NCBI GenBank assembly: GCA_964016885.1
Contig: OZ024754.1
Location: forward strand, 4,278,001-4,342,000
From: Eledone cirrhosa
Taxonomy: Eukaryota
Direction of reading: 5' to 3'
DNA length: 64,000 bases
The notes under the pieces: generated by a model
Database searches by the model: none
Told to the model about the DNA's origin: nothing
The model's input: only the letters and a program-made list of their open reading frames with translations
Part shown: piece after piece, positions 1 to 12,843 of the stretch
How positions within the stretch are numbered: position 1 is the first letter of the stretch
Layout: each line of letters starts with the position of its first letter
Translations under genes and position numbers: made by a program

Positions 1-171
1 AACGTGAATACTGATAATAAGAATAAAAATATAAATATAAAACATCTCTTTATCAATCGAATTTTCTCTACTGTTTTGCTCTAATTTAGGAGGGCAGTAG
101 CCCAGCCCCCACATACACACACAAACACCACACACTCACACTCACACACGCCAGCTATGAGACGTGTGTTA

Positions 172-575
172 TTGTTGCGTAGCTCCAATTCAGCCCTTAT
201 CAAAGAGACATATAATTAACGACATTCAAGCTGTGGCCATCTAAGTCTCAAATATAGGCCACAGCAACAAACATTATCCACTCTGTCCTTCATTTGCTAC
301 GCAGTCGAGTGTTATTTAAACAAGACTTAGTGTGCTATATCTAGCAATTCAACCCTGATAAACAGACCTATAGGCGAGTGTTGTGCTATAACTAGCAAGT
401 CAGCGCTAATCAACCAGACCTAAATGTAAAGACATTCCAAATATGACCATCTCGTCTCTATTGTAGGTAACAGGAGCAAAAATTTTTAAATCTGTCCTTC
501 ATTTACTAGACAGTCAAGTGTTATTTAAAGGATATTTGGTGTGCTATAGCTAGGAAGGCGAGTGAAACCGTAGGT
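172..575 (+). mobile_element. Two tandem degenerate copies of an old interspersed repeat (SINE-like)
   Basis: 172-345 and about 395-575 share blocks (cagcccttatcaaa/cagcgctaatcaa, gacattc, ctgtccttcattt, gtgttatttaaa, gtgtgctata). Related copies lie at about 12990-13070, 18425-18625 (-) and 25570-25680. Confidence 0.6.
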
Positions 576-769
576 TTCCTACTTTGTTTGATAGGGTTGT
601 AAGAGTTCTCAATTATATATAGTTCCTAGTTTCTGATGTCGTCTGCTGTAGAGGTTTAAGGGTTTGCGGTTGACAGATACATATTATAAAACATGATAAA
701 GCAGAAACTAATAAAAGGATGATCAGTGATCATTGATTAGTGATAGAGTTGATAATATGGGTAAGATAC

Positions 770-1620
770 AGGTTGTTGATGTTATTGTTGGTGTTAGTTC
801 TGGTGATGGTGGTGGTTTTGGTCGTCTATTTGTGTTGTTGTTGTTGGTGGTGGTGGTGGTGGTGATGTCGACAGTGGTACTGTTGCTGTCGTCGTTGTTG
901 TTGTTAGAGATGGTGGGGGTGGTGGTGAGTTAGGTTGCCTATTTGTTTTATTGTTGGCGATGTCGGTGGTAGTACTGTTGCTGTTGTCGTTGTTGTTGTT
1001 GGAGGTGGTGGTTTTAGTTGTTGTATTGATATTGTTAGTAGTTATAGAGATGGTGTCGGTGCTGTTGGGGGTGGTGGTGCAGATAATGTACGAGATAGGT
1101 AGGCGGCGGGGGGGATTGTAAATGCAGTGGTTCTGACAATGGTATTTGTAGTTGCAGGAGAAGTTATTCGCGGCGCAGCGGTGAGGGTGATACTGATAAG
1201 GTGGGAGGGCCGTTGTTGTTCTGGGGGTGGGCTCTGGTAATGAAGGTGGTGGTGATGGTCGCAGTTATGTTCGTGGGGGTGAAGTTGTCAGAGGCGTTGA
1301 AGGTAGAGGTGGTAGAATTGGGGTTAGTGGTGATGTTGTTGTTGATGGTGGTTATAAAGGTGATGATGCTGGTGGTGTGGTGGTGGTGGCGGTGGTGTGG
1401 TGGCGGTGGTGTGGTGGTGGTGGCGGTGGTGTCGTGGTAGGGGTGGTGGTAGTGGTGGTGGTGGTGGAGATAGCGGTGGCAAAGTTGTTGGTAGTGGTGG
1501 TGGAGATGGTGGTGGCAAAGTTGTTGGTAGTGGTTATAAAGGTGGTGTGTTAGTGGTGGTGTGGATGGTAGTGGTGGTGGAGATGGTGTCGTGGTAGGGG
1601 TGGTGGTGATAGGGTTGATT
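770..1620. repeat. Degenerate (GGT/GTT/AGT)n trinucleotide low-complexity tract
   Basis: Visible repeats; source of the Val/Gly/Pro-rich spurious ORFs. Confidence 0.95.
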
Positions 1621-2397
1621 GGATGGCTGTATTAGAGGTAGCGGGTGTGTGTGTGAGTGTGTGTGGTAATGAAAAGACGAGAGATTAGTCAAGCTTTAAA
1701 AGCAGGCGCGGGCGCAACAATAGATTGCAACAATGAAAAGAGGGGGGGGGGTAATAGAAAAGAAGGAAAGCTAGAAGAGGGAGGGAGGGAGAGATTGTGA
1801 GAGAGAAAGAGAGAAACAAACAAACATAGAGAGGGAGGGGTGAAGCGTCATGGTAAGGAAAGAAGAAAAGAGCGAGACAGGAGTAGTTGTGAATGAGAGG
1901 AGGAGCAGTATGAGGTGATAGTGTGAGGTGGTAGAGTGTATGAGAGAGGAATATAGAAGGGCTAAACGACTTGACGAAATACAAAACAGTATTGGAAAAT
2001 AATTGGGAGAGAGAGGGAGAGGGGAAGGTTATGCATACCTGTAAATGTGTGTGTATATATATATATAAATATATATATTGTGTGTGTGTAAATATACTTT
2101 TATGTGTGTGTATATATATCTATATGGAATAGAATGAAACGAAATTTCATTTCTCACTCTTTGTACGGCAGTTACTTAAATGTATGTATGTATGTATACA
2201 TACATACATATATATACATACAGACGTACAGTAGTATGTATATATATACATACATGCACACATATATATATGCTCGTATCGGTTTACCGAACATCTATTA
2301 TAATGCCCGGTTTGTTTGTAAATAAACAAACAGCCCGAATTACGCGCTACGGTGTTTAGGCAACCACGACACCTTTTTGTTCAACACTGTCACAGGA

Positions 2398-2440
2398 ACA
2401 ATGTACTAGTTTCAAGCTTATTAGCTATCGCCAGCATCGT
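2398..2440 (-). ncRNA. Minimal type I hammerhead ribozyme motif, A6G lesion
   Basis: Minus strand reads ACGAUG CUGGCGA U-AGCU-AAUA-AGCU-U GAAA CUAG UA^ CAUUGU. Confidence 0.65.
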
Positions 2441-2721
2441 ATACCTTCCTGCCAAAAAGTTGAAAATCTGAAAGTATATAGTTTCCTTATGCATATTAAC
2501 GACTGAGCATCCTAATTTGCATATCGAGCGAGTTTAGTCGGCCGGGCGCACCGAAAACGATAAATGGAATAGAATGAAACGAAATTTCATTTCTCGCTCT
2601 TAGTACGGCAGTTACTTAAATGTAAGTAACTCACTCGATATGCAAATTAAGCTGCTCAGCCGTTAATATGCATAAGGAAAGTATATACTTTCAGACGTTC
2701 AACCGTCTGGCAAGAAGGTAT

Positions 2722-2763
2722 ACGATCTGACGATAGCTAATAAGCTTGAAACTAGTACATCGT
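2722..2763 (+). ncRNA. Minimal type I hammerhead ribozyme motif
   Basis: ACGAU CUGACGA(2727-2733) U-AGCU-AAUA-AGCU-U GAAA(2748-2751) CUAG UA^ CAUCGU. Helix III is the palindrome ACUAGU. One G is missing from helix I relative to the other arm. Confidence 0.72.
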
Positions 2764-3045
2764 TCCTGTGTCAGTGTTGAACAAAAAGGTGACGTGTTTG
2801 CCTAAACACTGTACGGTGTAATTCGGGCTGTTTGTTTGTTTAGAAACAAACCGAGCATTATAATAGATGTTCGGTAAACCGATACGTGCATATATATGTG
2901 TGCATGTATGTTTATATATGCATACTACTGTACGTCTGTATACATGTATGTATATACTTTTATGTATATATATATATATACAGAGAGAGAGACAGAGAGA
3001 GAGAGATAGAGACAGAGAGAGAGAAAGATAGAGAGAGAGAGAGAA

Positions 3046-3214
3046 AAAAGGCTTCTACAGGACCAAAACTGATTCATTCGGGACAAATCATCAGGAAGCC
3101 CGAATGAAACAGTCCTAGTCTTGTAGAAGCCTTTTCTATATTAAATATTTATACTCTGCTGTGTATTGAGTACCCTACTTACTGTGGTTACCCCCGATTG
3201 AACCCGGGAAAAAC
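3046..3214. mobile_element. HHR element family B, partial palindrome
   Basis: Minus 3051-3099 reads GCUUC CUGAUGA UUUGUCCCGAAU GAAU CAG UUUUGGUC CUG UA GAAGC. The plus arm starts at about 3099. Homologous to 6752-7117 and 19968-20135. An inverted tail fragment lies at about 3414-3449. Confidence 0.75.
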
Positions 3215-3479
3215 TTATATATACATATATATATATTTACGTATATACATATACACATATGAATGTATATACATATATAAATGTATATAGATATACATAT
3301 ATAAATGTATATATGTATATACATTTTTATATGTATATGTATACATACATAAATGTATATACATATACATATAAAAATGTATATACATATATATAGCTAT
3401 GCATATATATAATCTGGGGTAACCACAATAGGTAGGGTACTCAATACATCCACTATATATATATAATTTTTTTAAAAAC

Positions 3480-3983
3480 AACTCGATAGAGAGATTTATT
3501 CGTTTTGTGCTATTTTTGCAAATTTTTGCAGTAACTACACACGCTGAATTATCTGGCCAAAATAGGGGTTTTCTCCCCTTAGAACCTCACATGTGCTTTC
3601 ACAACCTGTGAGATTCTGGACCACTTAGAACAAAATGCCTGTTGAGAGAGAGATGCCTAGTTCGATCATTATACGAAAAGCTTATTTTTTATAAGTAGAC
3701 AGTATTATTGATTTAGGTGTTGCAGAAACCCAAATTCGGAGTATTCCATCTTCCCCGAGGGTCCGGGTAACTATTTCAATCATATCTTATTTTGATTGAC
3801 CCGTTTAGCTTGTCCGCTTATTTGGCTCTGGTGGTTAATGGCTTCTTAACCATCGTCTCAGTTTGTATGACCTTTTTAACTTATGTTTATAGCTCTGGTA
3901 TCTTCATATCCATGGAGCGCTTGTCTACACATTACGGAAGTTGCGTTTGCTAATATCTACCCGCCGCCGAAATGCGATTCTCG

Positions 3984-3986
<3 letters not shown>
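3480..3986 (-). mobile_element. Unclassified TA-flanked interspersed repeat
   Basis: The reverse complement of about 3780-3986 aligns by eye with 28997-29200 (tagcgagaatcg.atttcgg ... caagcgctc ... actgagacgatggttaa ... cgggtcaa). A third fragment lies at 20157-20222. Confidence 0.65.
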
Positions 3987-4024
<38 letters not shown>

Positions 4025-4029
<5 letters not shown>

Positions 4030-4127
4030 TAATAAATAAACAGAGAACAAAAAACAGAAAAAAGAAGAGGCAATAAAAATGATATTAGTATTAGTTTCAC
4101 GGTTTCACGCTTGAGAGTGGAGGGTGG

Positions 4128-4130
<3 letters not shown>
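4025..4130 (-). mobile_element. 3' fragment of HHR element family D
   Basis: The reverse complement (ccactctcaagcgtgaaac ... aaactaata ... tgcctct ... ttgttc) matches 41459-41535. Bounded by (TA)n on both sides. Confidence 0.6.
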
Positions 4131-4158
<28 letters not shown>

Positions 4159-4161
<3 letters not shown>

Positions 4162-4275
4162 CGAGTAGGACCCCGGGGTCCTACTCGCTCCTATTACCCA
4201 CTCTACTACCCTAAGTATTGAGTACTTTGGTGCGTTATGGTCCACCTGGTTCCTTACAACATTTCCTCCGTTATA
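4159..4275 (+). mobile_element. Element family C fragment beginning with a 26-bp perfect palindrome
   Basis: cgagtaggacccc|ggggtcctactcg (4162-4187), then tcctattacccactctactaccctaagtattgagtac..., nearly identical to 58054-58138. Confidence 0.7.
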
Positions 4276-4296
4276 TTTATATATATATATATTAAT

Positions 4297-4332
<36 letters not shown>

Positions 4333-4335
4333 CAT

Positions 4336-4364
4336 GGCTTTTACAGGACTAGAACTGTTTCATT
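4336..4364 (-). mobile_element. Family B fragment (3' half of the HHR)
   Basis: The reverse complement reads cgaatgaaacagttctagtcctgtaaaagcc. Confidence 0.6.
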
Positions 4365-4642
4365 CGAATTAAGTACCAGTAAAGTAATTGGTTCTATATG
4401 TTATTGGTATTCTGAGGAATTATGTCAATTTTAGAAAGAATTGTTAGTTTGAAGAGCTTTATATGAGGTGTTTAAAAATGTAGATATATCATTTAAAATG
4501 CTAATGGTTTATAATTAGAAATATACGTTGATTAATCTTGCATTTAAGAGAAACAAGGGGGACTTAAGTCATATTAACATCATCTATCTATTGGTGTGTG
4601 TCCAATTGTTCGTATACATGGACGTGTACATTAATAGGTGTG

Positions 4643-4644
<2 letters not shown>

Positions 4645-4716
<72 letters not shown>

Positions 4717-4821
4717 CATACATGTGTGTGTGCGTGTGGTTAGCTAGACCGATAAATAAATATATGATCATACATATATACATATATAGAAAAATGCATA
4801 CATACATGCATATATATGTTC

Positions 4822-4877
<56 letters not shown>

Positions 4878-4935
4878 ATATTCATATACATATATATATA
4901 TACATATACATATATTCATATACATTTATATATAC

Positions 4936-4990
<55 letters not shown>

Positions 4991-5109
4991 CATATACATA
5001 TACACATATATATATATATACATATACACATATATACATATATACATATATATACATATACATATATACATATATACATATATATACATATATACATATA
5101 TATATATAT

Positions 5110-5155
<46 letters not shown>

Positions 5156-5613
5156 TCATATATATATATATATATATACATATTCATATATATATATATA
5201 TATATATACATATTCATATATACATATATATATATACATACATATACATATATACATATATACATACATATACATATATACATATACATATATAAACATA
5301 TATATATACATATATATATACATATACATATATATATACATATACACATATACATATATACATATACATATATATATACACATTCACATATATATATACA
5401 TATACACATATACATATACATATACATATATATACATATGCTTATATATATACATATGTATATACATATACTTATATATATACATATATATATACATATA
5501 CTTATATATATACATATATATATACATATATATATACATATACATATATATACTTATATATATACATATACATATATATACATATATATATACATATACA
5601 TATATATATATAC

Positions 5614-5658
<45 letters not shown>

Positions 5659-5930
5659 CATATATATATACATATATATATATACATATATATATATACA
5701 TATATATATACATATATATATATACATATATATATACATATATATATACATATATACATATACATATATACATATATACACATATATATATATACATATA
5801 CATATATACATATATATATACATATACATATATATATACATATACATATACATATATATATACATATATATATATATACATATACATACATACATACATA
5901 CATACATACATACATACATACATACATACA

Positions 5931-5960
<30 letters not shown>
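4645..5960. repeat. 1.3-kb (TA)n/(TACA)n compound microsatellite
   Basis: Directly visible; ends in a pure (TACA)n run. Confidence 0.98.
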
Positions 5961-5961
<1 letters not shown>

Positions 5962-6366
5962 CAAGCTATTTATTTATTTAATTGTCTATCCATTTCTTTT
6001 TTTTTCCCTAGTTCTGTTTTGTTGTGTAGGTTAGAGCAAGGCCAGGCAGTTATTGAAGAAATTAATCAAAACCTATGTTCCCTGTAGTGGCCAGAGTCTC
6101 TCTCATTTTGAACTTTACAATACTCAATCATGCCACCATATTGGCACTGTGGAGTGACGTCTTATTGGAGATGGTCACCCTCAGACGTAAGTTCACTCCA
6201 TCAACCTTCTTCCTACGTATCCATCTACATATCTTTATTGCTTTCTCTCTCTCCAACCTCCATCATTCAGTTCCATGATTCTGATTGGTTGTTAGATTTT
6301 TTAATATATTTTTGTAGTATTGGTTTTCCTTTCTGAAATCCATGTCTCTCTATGTAAAAGGTGTAA

Positions 6367-6432
<66 letters not shown>

Positions 6433-6466
6433 ACACTCACGCAGATACACAGATGAACACATAAAT

Positions 6467-6508
<42 letters not shown>

Positions 6509-6899
6509 TATAGATACACAATCATACATATATATATATATGCATGTATATGTATGTGTATATGTAAGCACTTTTACAAATGAGAATGAAATACATACTA
6601 ATAATATATAGTAGATTAAATTATTTTAAACATATATACAATAATGTACATACACACAAACACACGCACATATGTGTGTGTATGTATATATATATATATA
6701 CATTTATAAGTGTGTTTGTGGGTGTATGTTAATGTATGTACATGTATGTATGTGTTCCTGGGTATGGTTATGTATGTAACTGGTGTATATATATATATAT
6801 ATATATATACATAAGATAAGTTATTCCGGGTTGAATCGGAGGTAACCACAGTAAGTAAGGTACTCAATACATAGAGTATAAAAGTCTTATTATAGAAGA

Positions 6900-6948
6900 G
6901 CTTCTACATGACTAGAACTGTTTCATTCGTGAGAAATCATCAGGAAGC
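6900..6948 (-). ncRNA. Type I hammerhead ribozyme motif (family B)
   Basis: GCUUC CUGAUGA UUUC-UCAC-GAAU GAAA CAG UUCUAGUC AUG UA^ GAAGC; one helix III mismatch. Confidence 0.7.
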
Positions 6949-6995
6949 TTCCTGATGATTTCTCACGAATGAAACAGTTCTAGTCCTATAGAAGC
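6947..6995 (+). ncRNA. Type I hammerhead ribozyme motif (family B)
   Basis: GCUUC CUGAUGA UUUC-UCAC-GAAU GAAA CAG UUCUAGUC CUA UA^ GAAGC. Other copies have CUGUA, giving a 4-bp helix III and a GUA site. Confidence 0.7.
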
Positions 6996-7507
6996 TCTTC
7001 TATAATAAAACTTTTATACTCTGCTATGTATTGAATACCTTACTTACTGTGGTTATATATATATATATATATATATACACCAGTTACATACACAACCATA
7101 ACCATACCCAAGAATACAAATTACTGATCTAGCCTATTCCTCAAGATGTATTGACCAAACAAATACAATAAAATATTTACCGAATTGTTTTATCGTTTTA
7201 ATTCAAAATTAATAATAACCATGCATGTATTTCGTCTTCTTGAATTTTGTATTTTCGTATTAGGGTTTTGTTCTATTTATTCCAGCCACTGTTTTCGTTG
7301 ATATTGTTTTTCTTCTGGTTGAGGTTGGGGCCGTTGTGTGTTCTTGTTTAATTTTCAGTCTGGAAGGCTATTTGTTCTGCTACAACCTTTGTCAAGGGGT
7401 CGGCACATTTTAACCTTTGTTTTAATATTTGTCTGTAAATTTTCGGTGAAATTAAGTATTTATATATAACAGTTAGTTTCGAATGGAAAAGACGTTTATA
7501 GGCTTCA

Positions 7508-7555
<48 letters not shown>

Positions 7556-8577
7556 TATGAGAGAGAGAGGGGGAGAGAGAGAGAGGGAGAGTTTTGGGGT
7601 TGTGCGCGTGCATGAGTGTTATGCCTGCACGTACATATGTGTATACATCTTCTACGTATAAATATATATAGATTTAAGCATTTATGTGTATTTACGTATA
7701 TATGTGTGTGTATACGTGTATATGTTTGAGTGTACGTATATATGCATACGTAAATATATATATGCATATCTAGCTATGTACATTTATATAATACACATAT
7801 GGGTGTGTGCATATGTGAGTGTCTTCATTGTGAGAAAGAGAAATATATATTTATGTCTATATACACGTACATATGCATTTAACAAAAGGTTTTCTATATA
7901 TGCTGACATATAGCAATTGTCATTCTTCGATTCTCACACAACCCCTGACTCTGTGCCAAAGCCATAGGTCATTATTGGATATTTAATATAATTTATCACT
8001 TTGATATAATGAAAAGCCATTTATAAAAAGTAGATTGTATTTTAATTTAGACGATTTTCCAGAATTTTAAACAGCACTGGTAGTTTAGTCTTTGTGTATT
8101 GTTGTTTGTTTCTATGTATATAACAGTATATAAGTATACTATACATTTGTTGTAAAGGTACAAGATATGTGTGGTTTTTTTTTAACTATATACATTTGAT
8201 ATTAAAGGTACATAATATATTTGATGAATTAAGTTATTAAATTTCGGGGGTTGTGGAAGATTTGTAGAAAATCATCGATGCACAGTTACTTGTTACACTA
8301 TTTTTTAATTCAAAGACTTAATCCTTCGCCAGTTTTAATGTCACTAATTATTCCTTGAGTAATTTTAGTTGTACCCATTATAGTGCAAGGATTTAGAGTG
8401 AGTTTCCGGTTTTAAAAATGTCTTTTATCCTTCCTTCTAGACTTAGAGCCGCTGAAAATGGTCATAGGTTACCTTCTTAATTCTTCGGATTAAGTCATAT
8501 AAAAGGCAAAAATATATATTTTTAAGCTAAATTAAATATTTTAAGTTCTATATCATCTTTTAAACTAATAAAGATAT

Positions 8578-8890
8578 ATTGATTTATATAAGGCTTTAAG
8601 CTTTATAAAGCTTTAAGGTTATATAACATGTTATAAATAATATAACATACGTTGTCATATAACATGATTTAAATTATAAAGCAAGATTTAAGTTATATAC
8701 CACGTTTAAATTATAGAATTGATTTATATAAGGTTTTAGCTTTATAAAGGTTTAACTTTGTATAACTTCATTGACGCTATATAACATATTTTAAATAATA
8801 TAACATACTTTGTTATATAACATACTTTGTTATATAACATGATTTAAATTATAAAGCAAGTTTTAAGTTATATACCACGTTTAAAGTATA
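8578..8890. repeat. AT-rich tandem duplication (about 140-170 bp, two copies)
   Basis: attgatttatataagg ... atataacatgatttaaattataaagcaag.tttaagttatataccacgtttaaa occurs twice. Confidence 0.85.
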
Positions 8891-9221
8891 TAATAGAATT
8901 TGTAACACGTATTCCTTATAGAAGGCTGCGCTGTCTCAAACTCATTATACGAGAAATAGATTTGAGTATTTTAGCTATCTTTAGCGCCAGGTAAGGATCA
9001 ACATAGTTATGAACCTGTGAGCTTTATTGACACAAGATATCCTTTCTCAGTTTATCACTGTATCATATCAATAGGGAGGAGATATTCCATAAAGTGTGCA
9101 ATATATATAGCATATAGAATTCTGCATGCGGGTTACTGACTTTGTTTTAGTTAGTGCCGGTTTCTATGGACTTATGGAGCGAGCCATCAAACATACATAC
9201 TTGCATACATACATACGAACA

Positions 9222-9262
<41 letters not shown>

Positions 9263-9474
9263 TTGTGTGTATGTGAGAGCATGTGTGTAATGTGTATGTG
9301 TGTGTTTGTGAGCTTGTTTGTGTTGTAGTCTGATTCCTACCCATAATTGCAATTCCAATGTACAGAGGAATGCTGAAATCTACTTGACTTCATTATCTAG
9401 TTACTTCTCTACATCTATTTATCTAACGCTGAATATGTTTAGCTCCCTCCCATTTATATGCATGTATAATATCA

Positions 9475-9655
<181 letters not shown>

Positions 9656-9834
9656 ATGAAAAATTGGATATGATTCAAGAGAATGGTTTGACTATGAAGA
9701 TGTGAATATATATATATATATATATATTAGTAAAAGGAAAAGAAAATGCTGACAAATTTTTCACTGGGAAAAATTTGTCAGCATTTTCTTTTCCTTTTAC
9801 TAATATATCACAACTCGTGTGTTACACCTCTATT

Positions 9835-9868
<34 letters not shown>

Positions 9869-10099
9869 GTACACAGTAAATCCATAATTTATCTAAACTT
9901 CAGCTTCTTCGTTCTCAGGTTAGGCAGGGCAGTGAAACCAAAGCCTAAAACACTATCGATCTGTCTAGTCTGTTTGAAAAAGAAAGGGCGATAATTCACA
10001 AGTACCGCTATGTGCAGAATAATGTTTCTAATAGACGGCACATCTCTGAAGGTAAAGAAAAGTAACTAGCCCTTTCAAATATATGTACAATGCGTCTGT

Positions 10100-10235
10100 T
10101 GAGATTCCAAACAGACTCACTCACAAAGCAAGGGTCGACCTGAGGCTATGGTAAAAGGGATCATTGGGACTTGCTTTATGTGCTACACAGCATATCGAAC
10201 TTGACATCAAATTATTGTGAAGCGAACTCATTCAA
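10100..10235 (-). mobile_element. Degenerate tRNA-derived SINE (second family)
   Basis: The reverse complement resembles 41593-41757 and 25376-25530. Another minus copy lies at about 15515-15668. Confidence 0.5.
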
Positions 10236-12422
10236 CCTTCTGTTTAAGCTATAAACCTACTGTCTATTTATATGCGCAGTACTACTTTAAACTGACTTTA
10301 TATTCGTTTCTGAGTGTGTAATATTAGATTTGAAAAACAAATAACGACCATATTATATCATTATTACTGCATGAACAGAGATATTATAAAGAAAATTAAC
10401 GATATTTGGTGAACCTGCGGCAGTCGTCTAATACGCCAAGAATATATGCACCTTTGCGTGTGTGTGTGTACGTATCTAGGTGTGTGTGACCAGGTGTTCT
10501 TTTGTTCGGAACCTACATCTCTGGTATAATATGACTAAGAATTATTCATATTATCTTGCGGCAATTTTAACAAAACTTTATCTTTGTTTCTTAGTCTGTA
10601 TTATTTGATTTGGAAACAAATTACGAACAGATTATATGATGTTTCTCGAGAAATGAATAAAAAGGAAAGAAAATGTCTCTTTAACTTGACATAGATTTGT
10701 AGTCATCTTAACACGCGGCTTGTCTTGGCCATTTAAAACTTGAGGGAACACTTTACGTTTTAGGATTCAATCCAATCGATTCCTTACAGAGGGAGAAGTG
10801 ACAAAGAATCAGAGCTAGAAGGCAAATCAATATTAGTATTGAACTGATTCTTTATTTATTGACCTCGAAAGGATTAAAGACAAGTTCGTGGTATTAATTC
10901 CGGTTCTCTGCGTATTTGGGGTTCAAAATCCACTGAGATCAATTTTGCTTTTCATCATTTCGGGGTGGATAAATAAACGACTATTTCAGAAGGAGGCCAA
11001 CCGTTTCTCTCTTCTTCTCTTTATTTCTCCTTCTCTGGAAGAAATCATCTGTGTTGAGATATGGAGAGGGAATGAACTCCGCAAGGTTTACTACGTCACA
11101 ACTGCGCTCCTACGAACCAGTCCGTTACGTGGTTTTATATACAATATAATTATAACAGTACACATTTTTATTCTTTACTAATTTAATTATAATATAAAAT
11201 AAACTGAATTTTATTTACCAACGTCTATTGAATAGTCACACTGGACATAATCAATTAGCTGTAAAACTTAAATAAACTACAAAAAAATGATATCGTAATA
11301 TAATTATATCAACGATTTCTTATGTGGTGTTATAAGAGAAAAATAATAATCTGATGGACTATTTTGTTCCAAGGTTTCTAAGATAAGACAGTAAAGTAAA
11401 TTTCTTGATCACAATTTTAAACAGATTACAAGAAGAGGTTATTATGTGGCTTCGTAGATAAATTAAAAGGAGGTAACTGTGGGAAGGATTAAAATATTGA
11501 CTGTAATTACACAGCATATTAGTTATCGCCTTGCTGCACATACTGGTCATCTATCTGGACAAAAGACACCATCTTTCCACTACTGATTGTCTAAGTAGAT
11601 TTAAGGCAGAGCAAAAGAGGGTGAAAATATACAAGTTTCTCTATATTAGTGATCGTAAATTGAATTGGCTGCTAAACCGTAAAAAGAAGGGTCTTTTATG
11701 AGGTGAAATGCTTTTGTTTGAATTTTGTTTTCTATTATCAAGAATTGAGGAACCAGAGTTTCTCAGGCAGCAAGAGCTTAGGAAGTGGCAGAGAAGCAAG
11801 TAAATTAATGTCTGTCAACATAATTTATCGAAGCTTTGATAACGATGCCATGTTGAAAATGTAGTTATAAGGAATGATACCAGTTGTCCGCTGACACAGG
11901 AACCGTCTACTGTCAATAGCCTTGTCACATCCTAAATCTCTTTTTGACCCACTTTTCACTAGTGAATGGAGAAAGAAGGGAATCCTTGCATTATATTCCT
12001 ATGTTAGATATTACACCAATTATATAACTAGTGATATTACTGTCAACTGTCCAGTAATGAGAAATCTATGAGCAATTCTTTGGCGAGAAAATTCCTTAGT
12101 TCTTGGTGTCAGCTTAATTATCTTTGCAATGTAAGAGGATGATCTTACTTTGCGAGATAATCCTTGCTTGTTTGAGCTACGTGTAATGGATCTGTCAAAT
12201 ACTCAAGATAGCTAATAAGATATTAGAAATGATCAGAGACACTGTCGAGTTTGAGTTAAATAATCAGAGTATATAGCAAAAAAAAAAAAAGAAGAGACAA
12301 TATCAGCAAATGGACAGGACCGTTATTGAATCCGTGGAAGGACAGTCGGAATACTAAAAGGCTTCACCACACTAAACATTGTTAATAGACTTATCAAAAC
12401 TCAGTTCATCACAATTCATTAA

Positions 12423-12843
12423 CCCTTCTGATACCAAACCGCTTGAAACTGCTCCTGGTTTATCACACAAAGCTGTTTGTTTTAAAGTGTGTTATTTACA
12501 TTTTAACTTAATGTTATATTTCAACATCAGCTTAAAAATCAAACCTTTAATTATTTTACAAAATCCCTCAAAATTCTTGATTATTTTTCAAGGTTAATTT
12601 ACAATCATACGCAGGGTTTTTCATTAGAAATTCCTTTGCCGCGGAAAGTTCTGACAGTGGTTTCAGTTTTAGGATACAAAAGTGTTTACTTTAATATGAT
12701 TATATCTATATAAAAACTTTCCACCGTAGAAGAAATGTTGTAATGTTATGTTCCAAATAAATGCGGAGGTTAATTTTATTACTAAATCTCTCCTCATATT
12801 TTATTAGTCTGTGCTATTCATTATAAGTATAGTAAGGAAAGGG
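12423..12843. mobile_element. piggyBac-like non-autonomous element
   Basis: TTAA(12419-12422)-CCCTT ... AAGGG-TTAA(12844-12847). Termini and TSD are typical of piggyBac; the TIR match beyond 5 bp is poor. Confidence 0.5.

Larger units (their letters stand above)
2124..2957. mobile_element. Head-to-head palindromic HHR-bearing element (Penelope-like/retrozyme-like, family A)
   Basis: Arms at about 2215-2534 and 2628-2945 are reverse complements (about 90% identity by eye). A 61-bp direct repeat lies at 2124-2184 and 2564-2624. Each arm has an HHR motif, and the flanks are TA/TACA tracts. Confidence 0.8.
6752..7117. mobile_element. HHR element family B, full head-to-head palindrome
   Basis: Symmetry centre at 6947/6948 (caggaag|cttcctg). 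The arms mirror through an internal (TA)n into ggtatggtta..gtaactggtg / caccagttac..taaccatacc. Confidence 0.8.

Noticed and set aside
2215-2945. Palindromes as sequencing fold-back artefacts
   Set aside because: Arms differ by many substitutions and the same families recur at separate loci. Only the near-perfect ones (21217, 62496) still need read-level confirmation.
4638-6034. Long ORFs (up to 447 aa) on both strands
   Set aside because: Translations of stop-free (TA)n/(TACA)n, giving only Y/I/H/T/M/C/V repeats.
7200-7510. Possible decayed retroelement ORF on the minus strand next to the family B palindrome
   Set aside because: Interrupted by stops, with no recognisable RT or GIY-YIG motif.
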